In this document: piece after piece, positions 1-9,159 of the stretch
Position numbering within the stretch: the first letter of the stretch is position 1
Layout: every line of letters starts with the position of its first letter
Assembly (NCBI GenBank): GCA_963745835.1
Contig: CAVUZH010000013.1
Location: 704,001-768,000 of the forward strand
Direction: 5' to 3'
Length of the DNA stretch: 64,000 bases
Source of the DNA: an uncultured delta proteobacterium
GTDB lineage: Bacteria; Desulfobacterota; Binatia; UBA9968
Notes under the pieces: model-generated
What the model was told of the DNA's origin: nothing
Databases searched by the model: none
What the model saw: only the letters and a program-made list of their open reading frames with translations
Made by a program: the position numbers and the translations under genes

Positions 1-235
1 GCAAAGCGTCGCCGGTCATGCCCTCAGGATCGGCGGCCCAGTTCCGCCACTGAAACTTTTCCGGAATCGGCGAGCGGTAGTCATCCTGCATCAGCTCCAG
101 TTCGCGGTCCTGGTCATCGATGATCTTGAGAAAAAACATCCAACAGAGCTGGGAGATGCGCTGCGCGTCGCCATCGACGCCGACATCCTGGCGCATGATG
201 TCTTGAATGGATTTAACGGTGTTTCGAACGGACAT
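1..235 (-). CDS. hsdM: Type I R-M methyltransferase subunit M, N-terminus (runs off window)
   Basis: Manual translation from ATG at 235: MSVRNTVKSIQDIMRQDVGVDGDAQRISQLCWMFFLKIIDDQD...WRNWAADPEGMTGDAL, typical HsdM N-terminus of the EcoAI/EcoEI type; downstream of hsdR. Confidence 0.92.
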   Translation of the reverse strand, partial: MSVRNTVKSIQDIMRQDVGVDGDAQRISQLCWMFFLKIIDDQDRELELMQDDYRSPIPEKFQWRNWAADPEGMTGDAL

Positions 236-268
236 AGGAACCTATTCTAGTTAGTTAACAAATTATCT

Positions 269-361
269 CACCACAGAGGACACAGAGATCACAGAGTGTC
301 GGACGATGAATTAACAACACAAAATTGGCATTTCTCTGTGTGCTCTGTGCTCTCTGTGGTG
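269..361. repeat. Hairpin element built of 9-bp-period CACAGAG units
   Basis: caccacagaggacacagagatcacagag (269-296) and inverted ctctgtgtgctctgtgctctctgtggtg (334-361). Confidence 0.85.
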
Positions 362-420
362 CAAGCGCTTTGTGCTCTTTCCTGATGTGTTTGTGAACCG
401 TGGCTCCCTTCTCCCAAACG

Positions 421-807
421 TCAAAGCCGAAACCGCCTGATACCATCCACAAGTCGTCTGACATTAAAATTGATCAACAATCCTTTAGCGACATTTGCCA
501 GTTTCATGTAGGTGAGCAGTTGAGCTTCATGTATCGCTAAAGTTCTTTCCAGGCTCTTCAATTCCAGGATCACTTGTTCGTTGACCAAGACGTCGATTCT
601 ATAGCCGCAATCGAGGTGAACTCCTTTGTATTCGACCGGCACAGGAACCTGTAAGCGAAACCCAACATCTTGCAGAGATAGTTCTCGCGCTAAACATTGC
701 TCGTAAGCGGACTCAAGCAATCCCGGTCCTAACGTGCGATGGACCTCGATCGCACACCCGATAATCTTTTCCGTCAGCGGATCCCTTTCCGTTCGTTGTA
801 AATCCAA
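421..807 (-). CDS. GxxExxY protein (PD-(D/E)XK nuclease-like)
   Basis: [14 protein letters not shown] motif, YRIDVLV, ELKS, QLLTYMK, GLLINF. Confidence 0.93.
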   Translation of the reverse strand: MDLQRTERDPLTEKIIGCAIEVHRTLGPGLLESAYEQCLARELSLQDVGFRLQVPVPVEYKGVHLDCGYRIDVLVNEQVILELKSLERTLAIHEAQLLTYMKLANVAKGLLINFNVRRLVDGIRRFRL

Positions 808-808
808 C

Positions 809-836
809 CTCTGTGTCCTCTGTGATCTCGGTGGTG
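809..836. repeat. Third CACAGAG-unit arm directly upstream of the GxxExxY start
   Basis: ctctgtgtcctctgtgatctcggtggtg; direct repeat of 334-361, inverted to 269-296. Confidence 0.85.
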
Positions 837-858
837 CAATACTATTCGCGACTGAACC

Positions 859-3322
859 TCAAGCTGCCTCTTCATAAAGTGCGGATTGTAGCTCGTGAAC
901 CGCTTTCTCAAAGCCGTTTCGGCCGCCGAACTGTTTCAGGAGTTGAACCGGGGTGCCCATAGCATCGAAGGGCGCCACTTTGAGGATACGGGGATCATCG
1001 AGCGCGGTCATGCCTTCGTCCTGATATTTTTGCAGCAACGCTTCGAGCACGGCCCGAGCCTGGTCGCCGTATTTTGTGAACACGTCGCGCTTGCGCACGT
1101 TCTCGACACGGTCACGGCGCGTCAGCGGCGGCTGGTCGAAAGCGACATGGCAGATCAGATCGAAGGGGTCGAGGTTTTTGCCCACTTCTTCAGCTAAAGG
1201 ATCGAGCAACAAGCCTTCGCTCTTTAGCTCCTCGATGATGGCTTCCTTACGTTCGGCACTATTCCATTGGCTCACGAAATCATTGAGGCTGACGAAATGG
1301 TTGCGCAAAGTTTTCTTTGTGTAATCTCGCAGGGTCTCGGTGACGAGCTTGCCGTACTCGTCCAAATATTCAATGCGTTCCGCGACAATCGTCACCGGAT
1401 CGCCGTGAATGTAATATTTCCGCCGACTCGGCGTCGGCGTCAGTTGATATCGTGATATCGGGCGGCTCGCTGTCGACGACAATCACTTCATCCTCGGCGG
1501 GCTCCGGCGGGATCGGCTCCTCTTCGTCGTTCGTCGGCGGCACGTTGTCTGGCGGCGTCACCGGATCATTCTCGCCCGGCTCATAAATCTGCACCGGCTC
1601 GCCGTCGAACTCGGGATCGGCAAAATGGTTGGTCGCCTTACGGAAGTCGATCAGGGTGAAGTAATATTTCTTGGTATCTTCGTGCACTCGCGTGCCGCGG
1701 CCGACGATCTGCTTGAACTCGGTCATTGACTGGACTTCGCGGTCGAGAACGATGAGACGGCAGGTCTGGGCATCGACGCCGGTAGAAAGTAGGCGTGAGG
1801 TGGTAACGATCACCGGATACTTGGCTTCAGGGTCAATGAAGTTGCCGATCTCGGCGCAGCCTTCCGCGTCGTTACCCGTGATGCGCATGATGTACCGCAG
1901 GTTTTGCTGAACTAAGTCCTGGTTTTCATTAACCAGGGCTTGCCGCATGAGAAAAGCGTGCTCGGTGTCGACGCAAAATACGATGGTCTTTTGAAATCGG
2001 TCGCCGCTCTCCTTTAAAAAATCGCTGACTTTGCGCGCGACCCGTTTTGTCCGTTCGTCAATCACCAGCTCACGATCGAAGTCTTTCTGGTTGTAAATGC
2101 GATCTTCGATCTCGTGGCCATACTTGTCGGTTTCGCCTCGTTGAGGACGATAGCCCTCGATATCGACATCCAGATGCACTTTGACGACTTTATAGGGCGC
2201 GAGGAATCCGTCGCGAATACCTTCTTTCAGTGAGTAGCTATAAACCGGCTTGCCGAAATAATGGATATTCGAGACATATTCGGTCTCTTTCGGCGTGGCG
2301 GTGAGACCGATCTGAGTCGCCGAGGAGAAATACTCAAGGACTTCGCGCCAGGCGGAGTCATCCGCCGCGCTGCCGCGGTGGCATTCATCGACGACGATCA
2401 GGTCGAAGAAATCGCGGGATAGTTCGCGGTAGAGTTTTTGACGCTCCTCGGGACCGGTGATCGCCTGATACAGAGCAAGGTAGACTTCGTAAGACGTATC
2501 GATGCGTCGGGATTTCTTATCGATAGCGGTGGGGATTTGAATTTCGCCGCCATCTTCCCGCTCGATAGTTTTCGAGCTGGTGCTGAGCTTGGCCATGGCG
2601 GCGCCGAACGGACGAAAATCGTTGACCATCGTCTGGTCGACTAGGACATTGCGATCCGCAAGAAAGAGGATTCGCTTTCTCTGCCCGGCTTTCCACAAGC
2701 GCCAGATGATCTGAAATGCAGTGTAAGTTTTGCCCGTGCCGGTAGCCATAACCAGAAGAATACGATCCTCGCCTTTGGCGATGGCTTCTATCGTCTTGTT
2801 GATTGCGATTCGCTGGTAATAACGCGGCTCTTTACCGCTGGCATCTTCGTGGTAGTCCTGCAGAACGACTTCTTCTTGCGCCGGCGCCAGGTCCTTCCAC
2901 TTTCGATAGGATTCCCAAAGCTGAGCCGGCGCTGGAAAACCGTCGAGCCCCAGCTCGGTTTCGGTTTGGCTGCTCTGCCCTGTCCGATCGTGAAATAAGA
3001 ATCCGTCGCCGTTCGACGAGAAAACAAATGGGATATCGAGGGTGGCCGCATATTTGATGGCTTGCTGGATGCCGCCGCCGACCGGGTTGTTATTATCTTT
3101 GGCTTCGATCAGAGCGATCGGAATGTTCGGCTTGTAGTAAAGAATGTAATCGGCGCGTTGCGCCTTGCCGCGGGTTACGAGCTTGCCACGTACAATGATC
3201 CGGCCTTTGGTGAAACCAACCTCTTCACGAATCTGCCACTGGATATCCCAACCGGCGTTGACGACTGCAGGCGTAATATACTTCGTGCAAATGTCGCGTT
3301 CGCTGAGGTCTCTTTTGTTCAT
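859..3322 (-). CDS. hsdR: Type I restriction enzyme subunit R (EcoAI/EcoEI type), split by a frameshift near 1420-1440
   Basis: ORF 1370-3322 has IEAK nuclease motif, [29 protein letters not shown]; ORF 859-1482 supplies the C-terminal domain (RRKYYI...[19 protein letters not shown]). Confidence 0.93.
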
Positions 3323-3401
3323 GCCAGGCAGCAGCTCGAAGAACCGGCAGGGTCGAAGTATCTCTCATACCGGGATGGGAGCTCGGAAAATACTAATCGA
3401 A

Positions 3402-3590
3402 ATGGGTAGAAATTCGCAAGAGTTTTCGGAAGACAGGGTCATCAGGGTGGGGCGTGAGTTGTTGAGTTATTCCCTTGCAACCAGCGACTTTGAAGGGCGC
3501 AGCCGTTCAATAGTTCAAACGTTCAAGGTTCAACGGCAGACAAGTCAGAGCTAGACTTCCACGTTTCGAGAATTCCCGAAACGTCGAAAT
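3402..3590 (+). repeat. Palindrome-ended element, copy 1
   Basis: ttccacgtttcgagaattcccgaaacgtcgaa at 3557-3588; upstream 3436-3479 aligns with 4480-4524; also holds gttcaa tandem units. Confidence 0.85.
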
Positions 3591-3911
3591 GCCACTTCTA
3601 ATACCAACCTGGAAATTGGAAAACTTCTCGTCGCCAGCTAACGGGTTCCCGTCTTTGTATTTTGACATTCGTTTTCTGTCGGGTCTCACCACGTGGTCAA
3701 CGTGAGAGCGTGGCAAACTGAACCGTGGCCATCGGCACCCGGGTACCGTCCGCGAGCAGCGGGGTAGGATCATGGGGTTAGGCATGAGTCAGGACTATTA
3801 TCATATTGACCACGCGGGAGGTGGATGCTAGCGTTTGCCTGGTAGAGGATAACTATCGAGCGGCTGCTGTTGTGCTGTGAACGGGGCCATCAAGCCCGGG
3901 AAGGAGCTTTT

Positions 3912-4436
3912 ATGGCGCTTCAATCTCACACCACGAACACACCCACCGTCGTTTCTGAATCTACGGAGATTTCTGGCGTGTACGTCGAAGGTCTCGTCGC
4001 CGGCCTGATTGGCGCGGCGACGATTGCCGTATGGTTTTTCATCCTCGATCTTTATAACGGTAGACCCTTTTACACGCCCAGCGTTTTGGGCGCCGCGCTG
4101 TCTCTTTCCGGAGCCGTCCGTGAATCTGCAACGGTTCCGATCTCGATGGAGTTCGTCATATTCTATTCTTGGATTCACGGTTTAGTGTTTTGTGTGATTG
4201 GCGGATTGGCCGCGAAACTCCTCTCGCTCGCAGAGCGTGATCTTAACTACGGATTCGGTATCTTGCTGCTATTCATCATCTTTGAATTTGGATTTGTTGC
4301 CGTCACAATGGTTTTTGCCGAACCCATACTACGAACTCTGACATGGCCGGCGGTCCTGCTCGGCAATCTACTCGCGGCGGTCGCGATGGCGGTCTATTTT
4401 TGGCGCCATCATCCGACGCTGCGGATCTTACCGTAA
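3912..4436 (+). CDS. Hypothetical multi-pass membrane protein
   Basis: About 4 hydrophobic segments; AAGGAG RBS before ATG 3912. Confidence 0.8.
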   Translation: MALQSHTTNTPTVVSESTEISGVYVEGLVAGLIGAATIAVWFFILDLYNGRPFYTPSVLGAALSLSGAVRESATVPISMEFVIFYSWIHGLVFCVIGGLAAKLLSLAERDLNYGFGILLLFIIFEFGFVAVTMVFAEPILRTLTWPAVLLGNLLAAVAMAVYFWRHHPTLRILP

Positions 4437-4450
4437 GTGCGAAAGGCAGC

Positions 4451-4623
4451 GCGGTGGAATTTGATTTCTTTATCGAGCGGGGATCATTCGGGTTTGGCGT
4501 AAGTTATTGAGTTGTTTCCCTGCATTACCCACTTGAGATTTTCGCAGCAGTCTCCGCGGGGAACGACCGCGGCAACGAAAGAGAGGAACTTCGACGTTTC
4601 GGGAATTCCCGAAACGTCGAAAT
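4451..4623 (+). repeat. Palindrome-ended element, copy 2
   Basis: Perfect 32-bp palindrome TTCGACGTTTCGGGAATTCCCGAAACGTCGAA at 4590-4621. Confidence 0.9.
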
Positions 4624-5227
4624 AATAAATCATTCAAATCGGCTGGAAGTGTGAACCGCACACCTCTAACAGCGAACCTCAGCCGTTCCATGTTGGGGTT
4701 TGCCCCTGCGACGATTTCACACCTTACCATCCTCGACACCTCAGCCACTTTCCACGTTTCGCATGCGCAAACTTGATAAGCATCGCTGCTGCGGAAGAGC
4801 TGACCTACAGGTAGTCGCGGCTATGCCGTCCCTCCGGCAACCACCGGCCTTTGCCATGGTCTAGCGCCCCGTTGATGTCATAGACATTCTCCCCGCAAAA
4901 GACGGCTCTCGATATACCGGAGCAGTTGTGCTTGATCTGCCGTTCCGCTCACATAAGCGCTTCGCCAAAACTCAGCGCCAATCGTCTTGGTCGGCGGCAG
5001 GACTAAAGTTCTGCGCGGAGTAACTGGCCTGAGCGGCTTTTCGAAATAGCGGTTAGCGGACTTGGGATAAGGGAAAGGAGATTCGCAAGAGCATTGCTGG
5101 GTGCGATGAGGAGGATAATGCCGATTCGAAATGAGGCTTTGTCTCCGTTTGCGCGCTCTGGGGATCACCATTTATGCTCGATCAGTGCGAATTCTAAGAA
5201 CACGACTCCGGAAGCTCGGGAGGTGGT

Positions 5228-6184
5228 ATGATGAAGGCCGTTAAGAAAAACTTGCAGTTTATAACGGTAGCGCTCCTTGTGCTCATTGCCACAATTGCCA
5301 CTATTCATTTTCCGTACGATGTGGATGCGCCCCTTACTCCTCAGGAAATCGAGGCAGCTCGAAAATACTACACAGATGCATATAAGAAGCCTCCAATCGA
5401 AAGCCAAGGAAGCTCTGAATACGAGACTAAATATATTCAAGTATCTGAAGCCGCTGCTCGAAGTGAGCGTATCGAAGAACAGGTCAGTGCATTTGTTCAG
5501 AATTTTAATCTAAGCGACCGACCAGTTTTGGAAATCGGTTCAGGTCGAGGCTATTTACAGGATGTTGCGCAAAACTATACAGGACTCGATATCTCTCCCA
5601 GCGTGGCGCGCTTCTATCACAAGCGATTTGTTCTCGGCTCGGCAACGGCAATGCCGTTTCCAGAAAACAGCTTCGACGGTATTTGGTCGATTTGGGTGTT
5701 CGAGCATGTACCCAATCCAGAGCAGGCGTTTTATGAAGCTCGGCGTGTCGTACGGGACAAAGGAGTGCTTTTCCTACTTCCCGCATGGAATTGTACCTCC
5801 TGGGCTGCCGAAGGTTACAACGTCAGGCCCTATTCTGATTTCGACTTGGTGGGAAAAATCGTCAAAGCAAGTATTCCGCTGAGGTCTTCAGTACTCTTTA
5901 CGCAAATGGCTTTAGTACCGAACCGAGTTGTCCGTCGTCTTGTCGCTCTACTTGGGCCGACCCGACTGAGATATCGCCGTCTCACTCCGAATTACGAAGA
6001 GTTCTGGGGCCCAGACAGCGACGCGGTGAACTCGATCGATAGCCATGAAGCAATGCTGTGGTTCCTAAGCCGCGGTGATGAATGCTTAAATTGTTACAAT
6101 GCTTCAACATACGACTTTTTCCGGAACATCCATCGAATAGACGAATACCCGCTCATTATTCGCGTTCATAAGTCGGCGGAATAG
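5228..6184 (+). CDS. Class I SAM-dependent methyltransferase with N-terminal membrane anchor
   Basis: VLEIGSGRG, GLDIS, GSATAMPFPENSFD, VFEHV motifs; GGAGG RBS. Confidence 0.88.
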   Translation: MMKAVKKNLQFITVALLVLIATIATIHFPYDVDAPLTPQEIEAARKYYTDAYKKPPIESQGSSEYETKYIQVSEAAARSERIEEQVSAFVQNFNLSDRPVLEIGSGRGYLQDVAQNYTGLDISPSVARFYHKRFVLGSATAMPFPENSFDGIWSIWVFEHVPNPEQAFYEARRVVRDKGVLFLLPAWNCTSWAAEGYNVRPYSDFDLVGKIVKASIPLRSSVLFTQMALVPNRVVRRLVALLGPTRLRYRRLTPNYEEFWGPDSDAVNSIDSHEAMLWFLSRGDECLNCYNASTYDFFRNIHRIDEYPLIIRVHKSAE

Positions 6185-6250
6185 CAAACGGCAGGTCACC
6201 GCGAAAGCCGAAAACTACCGGCTCACGGCAGAAATTACGGCATTATCCGG

Positions 6251-6372
6251 GAGGTGGAAGTTTGTCGGCCGGTGAAGTGAACGATTCGGTGTAAGCGTTT
6301 CGAGTCGTATCGACGCGAGACCGAGGGCAAAGGAGGGACTTCCACGTTCGAGAATTCCCGAAACGTCGAAAT
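6251..6372 (+). repeat. Palindrome-ended element, copy 3 (shorter)
   Basis: ttccacgttcgagaattcccgaaacgtcgaa at 6340-6370. Confidence 0.85.
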
Positions 6373-6481
6373 GAGATGCCAAGACAGGTTTCCACTGTTA
6401 GCTCCTTCTCAGTGATGATTTTCTAGGACGAGAAGTGGTCGACCACGATTTGACCGACCTTCCGATCGTGCGACTCAGTGG

Positions 6482-7504
6482 TTACTTTCTCTTCAACACT
6501 TCATCGACCAGCGACGGGTCCGCCACTTGCTCCCATGAGACGTTTGCGGCGCCTTCCGATTGCAAAACGGCTTTAACGGCGTCGGCGGAGATGCGAACGT
6601 CCTCGACGATCAGCGGGACATAAATATTATACGATTCGAGCGCAGTCGCTTCGTCGGTGGAAAAAAACTCGCGCAAGAACCGGATCGCTTCGGCCTTTTG
6701 GCTCTTGATCCAATGCATCGCATCGATTTGCGCCTGGATCATCCGTTTCACTTGGTCCCGGTTGCGCTCGATCTTCGTGGCCGTTGTCGACAGTCCGGTA
6801 AAAGGTATCTGAAGAACGTCGCCGGCCGAGCCGAGAAAGCGAAAGCCCTGTTGTTTGGCGAGCACCGAGTGCGGTAATGACAGCGTCGCCGCATCCATTT
6901 GTCCGGCGAGCAAAGCTTGATAGCGTGTCTCGGAGCCGCCCATCGAGATCACGGCGGCGTCTCTTTTCGGATCCAGACCGGCCTTTTGGAGCAGAGCGCG
7001 AGCCACCAAGTCGTCGGTGGCGCCGATATTCGAGATCGCGATCTTCTTGCCGCGCAGCTCGCTTATCGACTGCAAATTCGGCCGCGCCACTAACGTGTGA
7101 AAAGATGACTTGAGCCCAATCGTAACCAGCTTGAGCGGAATACCCTTAGCCGCCGCCCTTATGACCGTGCCGGTCATCCAACTGTAGTCGATCTCACCGG
7201 CATGCAGAGCGACCACCGACAGGTTGGGCCGAATTGTGATGACTTCCGAGTCGATGCCGTATTTGCGAAAAAACCCCTTCTCATGCGCGACCCACGGATC
7301 GAAGAAGCCGATGGACTGGGAAGAAACACCGATGAGCACCCGTTCGCGACCAGGTTCGGCCGCCGGCGCGGTTGCAATCCCGATGGTGCACGAAAGTAGA
7401 ATTACGATTGGCGCAGCGGCGCGGAGTGAGCGGAGTTCCAAAAAACGTTTTTCTCTGCAGCCTCTGCGTCTCCGCGATGAAGAAGAATCTTCAGTCCGTG
7501 TCAT
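6482..7504 (-). CDS. ABC-type substrate-binding protein, NMT1/SsuA-like (start uncertain)
   Basis: WVAHEKGFFRKYGID, ELRGKKIAIS, RYQALLAGQMDA; the ORF 5' end overlaps a repeat element. Confidence 0.88.
   Translation of the reverse strand: MTRTEDSSSSRRRRGCREKRFLELRSLRAAAPIVILLSCTIGIATAPAAEPGRERVLIGVSSQSIGFFDPWVAHEKGFFRKYGIDSEVITIRPNLSVVALHAGEIDYSWMTGTVIRAAAKGIPLKLVTIGLKSSFHTLVARPNLQSISELRGKKIAISNIGATDDLVARALLQKAGLDPKRDAAVISMGGSETRYQALLAGQMDAATLSLPHSVLAKQQGFRFLGSAGDVLQIPFTGLSTTATKIERNRDQVKRMIQAQIDAMHWIKSQKAEAIRFLREFFSTDEATALESYNIYVPLIVEDVRISADAVKAVLQSEGAANVSWEQVADPSLVDEVLKRK
7411..7481. repeat. REP-like CGCAGAG/CTCTGCG hairpin element
   Basis: ...gagttccaaaaaacgtttttctctgcagcctctgcgtctccgcgatgaa; aligns with 9067-9140. 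Confidence 0.75.
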
Positions 7505-7515
7505 TTGAATCGGTT

Positions 7516-9006
7516 TTACTGCAGAAGCGCCGAGCCGCCATCGTCGCCGATGGTGAGGCTCACGGTCGCCGGGTTCCCAGTCCTAATCAGACTCGCGCCC
7601 TCTCCTTCTGCCTCGAGTTGAAACGTCCCGCCGTCCAGTTGAGTGATTCTCACGTCCAGATTGTCAATCTCGCTCTGGAAGGTGAAACTGGCTCGTCCAT
7701 TGGGCTGGGCCGGATGTGATATGAAAGAGCCTGCAGGGATAGTTCTGAAGAAGTTTCCGACTTGCAGCACCACGCCTTCAGTGAGGGGATTAATACCGTT
7801 GCTCCCGGCACCGACGGTGAAATTTCCATTCACTGCGAACGTACCCGGCGGAGCCAAGGCGATGTCGCCTTGGACCATGAATGCTGCGAAAGGCACTGGA
7901 GACTGACCGGCTATTGTGACGCCAAGAGGAATGTGCCCGGTCGTGAATGGAGAACCGCCGATCGGGCTCAGAGCGCCCGTGGCGCTGTTAATAGTATAAG
8001 CCGACACGCTATTGGAATTGTTATTGGCAACGTAGGCGAACTTTCCCGAGGGATCTACCACCACTGAGATTGGAGCAGATCCGGTGGGGAACGGAGAACC
8101 GCTGACCGGACTCAGAGCACCCGTGGCGCTGTTAATGGTGTAAGCCGACACGCTATTGGAATTGTTATTGGCAACGTAGGCGAACTTTCCCGAGGGATCT
8201 ACCACCACGGCGATAGGAGCAGAACCGGTTGAGAACGGAGAACCGCTGACCGGGCTCAGAGCACCGGTAGCCATATTGATGGTATAAGCCGACACATTAT
8301 TGGAAATGTTATTCACCACGTAGGCGAACTTTCCCGAGGGATCTACCGCCACGTCATACGGACGGGTCCCGGCTGCGAACGGAGAACCACCGATTGGGCT
8401 CAGAACGCCCGTGATGCTATTGATCGTGTAAGCCGACACGCTGCTGCTCCCTGAATTTGTCACGTAGACGAACCTTCCCGAGGGATCTACCGTCACGGAG
8501 ATAGGCATGAACCCGGTTGGGAAAGGAGAGCCGCCAACCGGGCTCAGAGCGCCCGTGGTGTTATTGATCGTATAAGCCGAAACGTTACTGCTCCCTAAAT
8601 TCGCCACGTAGATGAACCTTCCCGAGGGATCTACCGCCACGTCATACGGACGGGTCCCGGCTGCGAACGGAGAACCGCCGATTGGGCTCAGAGCGCCCGT
8701 GGTGCTATTGATCGCGTAAGCCGACACGCTGCTGCTCCCTGAATTCGCCACATACGTGAATTTTCCGGAGGGATCTACCACCACACCGAGAGGAACAGAC
8801 CCGGTGGGGAACGGAGAGCCGCCGACCATGCTCAAAGCGCCCGTGGTGCTATTGATGGTGTAAGCCGACACGCTGCTGCCCCCCGAGTTCGTCACGTAGA
8901 CGAACTTAGGCATTCCACTGCTCACGGCATGATTAGCAATCGCCATGAGGAGAACAATGAGCCCGCCTGTAAAATAGGCCTTAGACAATTCGCCTGCGCG
9001 TTTCAT
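7516..9006 (-). CDS. Secreted 7-bladed beta-propeller (lactonase-family fold) with C-terminal beta domain
   Basis: Signal-like N-terminus; seven 48-aa repeats F.YV.N..S..VSAY.IN..TG.LS...GSPF..G..P....VDPSG. Confidence 0.9.
   Translation of the reverse strand: MKRAGELSKAYFTGGLIVLLMAIANHAVSSGMPKFVYVTNSGGSSVSAYTINSTTGALSMVGGSPFPTGSVPLGVVVDPSGKFTYVANSGSSSVSAYAINSTTGALSPIGGSPFAAGTRPYDVAVDPSGRFIYVANLGSSNVSAYTINNTTGALSPVGGSPFPTGFMPISVTVDPSGRFVYVTNSGSSSVSAYTINSITGVLSPIGGSPFAAGTRPYDVAVDPSGKFAYVVNNISNNVSAYTINMATGALSPVSGSPFSTGSAPIAVVVDPSGKFAYVANNNSNSVSAYTINSATGALSPVSGSPFPTGSAPISVVVDPSGKFAYVANNNSNSVSAYTINSATGALSPIGGSPFTTGHIPLGVTIAGQSPVPFAAFMVQGDIALAPPGTFAVNGNFTVGAGSNGINPLTEGVVLQVGNFFRTIPAGSFISHPAQPNGRASFTFQSEIDNLDVRITQLDGGTFQLEAEGEGASLIRTGNPATVSLTIGDDGGSALLQ
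7915..8905. repeat. Seven tandem 144-bp intragenic repeats
   Basis: Recurring ggatctacc / ggctcagagc / taagccgacac blocks with 144-bp period. Confidence 0.9.
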
Positions 9007-9013
9007 GGTACCG

Positions 9014-9140
9014 CCCTGTGTCTCCGCGGTAAAAGGTCGTCAGTGCGTATTAGTTGCATTTCACTCTTACCGCAGAGTCGAGTGCGCCGAGTTTCGGAAA
9101 AAGCGCTTTTCTCTGCGGCCTCTGTGCTTCCGCGGTAAAA
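9014..9140. repeat. REP-like CGCAGAG/CTCTGCG hairpin plus an extra half-arm
   Basis: ccctgtgtctccgcggtaaaa (9014-9034); ttaccgcagag...ctctgcggcctctgtgcttccgcggtaaaa (9067-9140). Confidence 0.8.
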
Positions 9141-9159
9141 TATTTTTGCACTATCGTTA

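Noticed and set aside
255-464. 69-aa ORF ending LCDLCVLCGE
   Set aside because: The Cys pattern is just the translation of the CTCTGTG repeat arms, not a zinc finger
4836-5171. Possible IS200/IS605 tnpA remnant (FWRSAYVSG...LLRYIE; accaccggcctttgcc)
   Set aside because: Only a weak C-terminal resemblance and no HUH motif found; not supportable without a profile search
3557-6370. Palindromic repeats as a CRISPR array or attC sites
   Set aside because: Spacing of 1.0 and 1.75 kb is far too long for CRISPR; no RYYYAAC/GTTRRRY attC boxes or integron integrase were recognised
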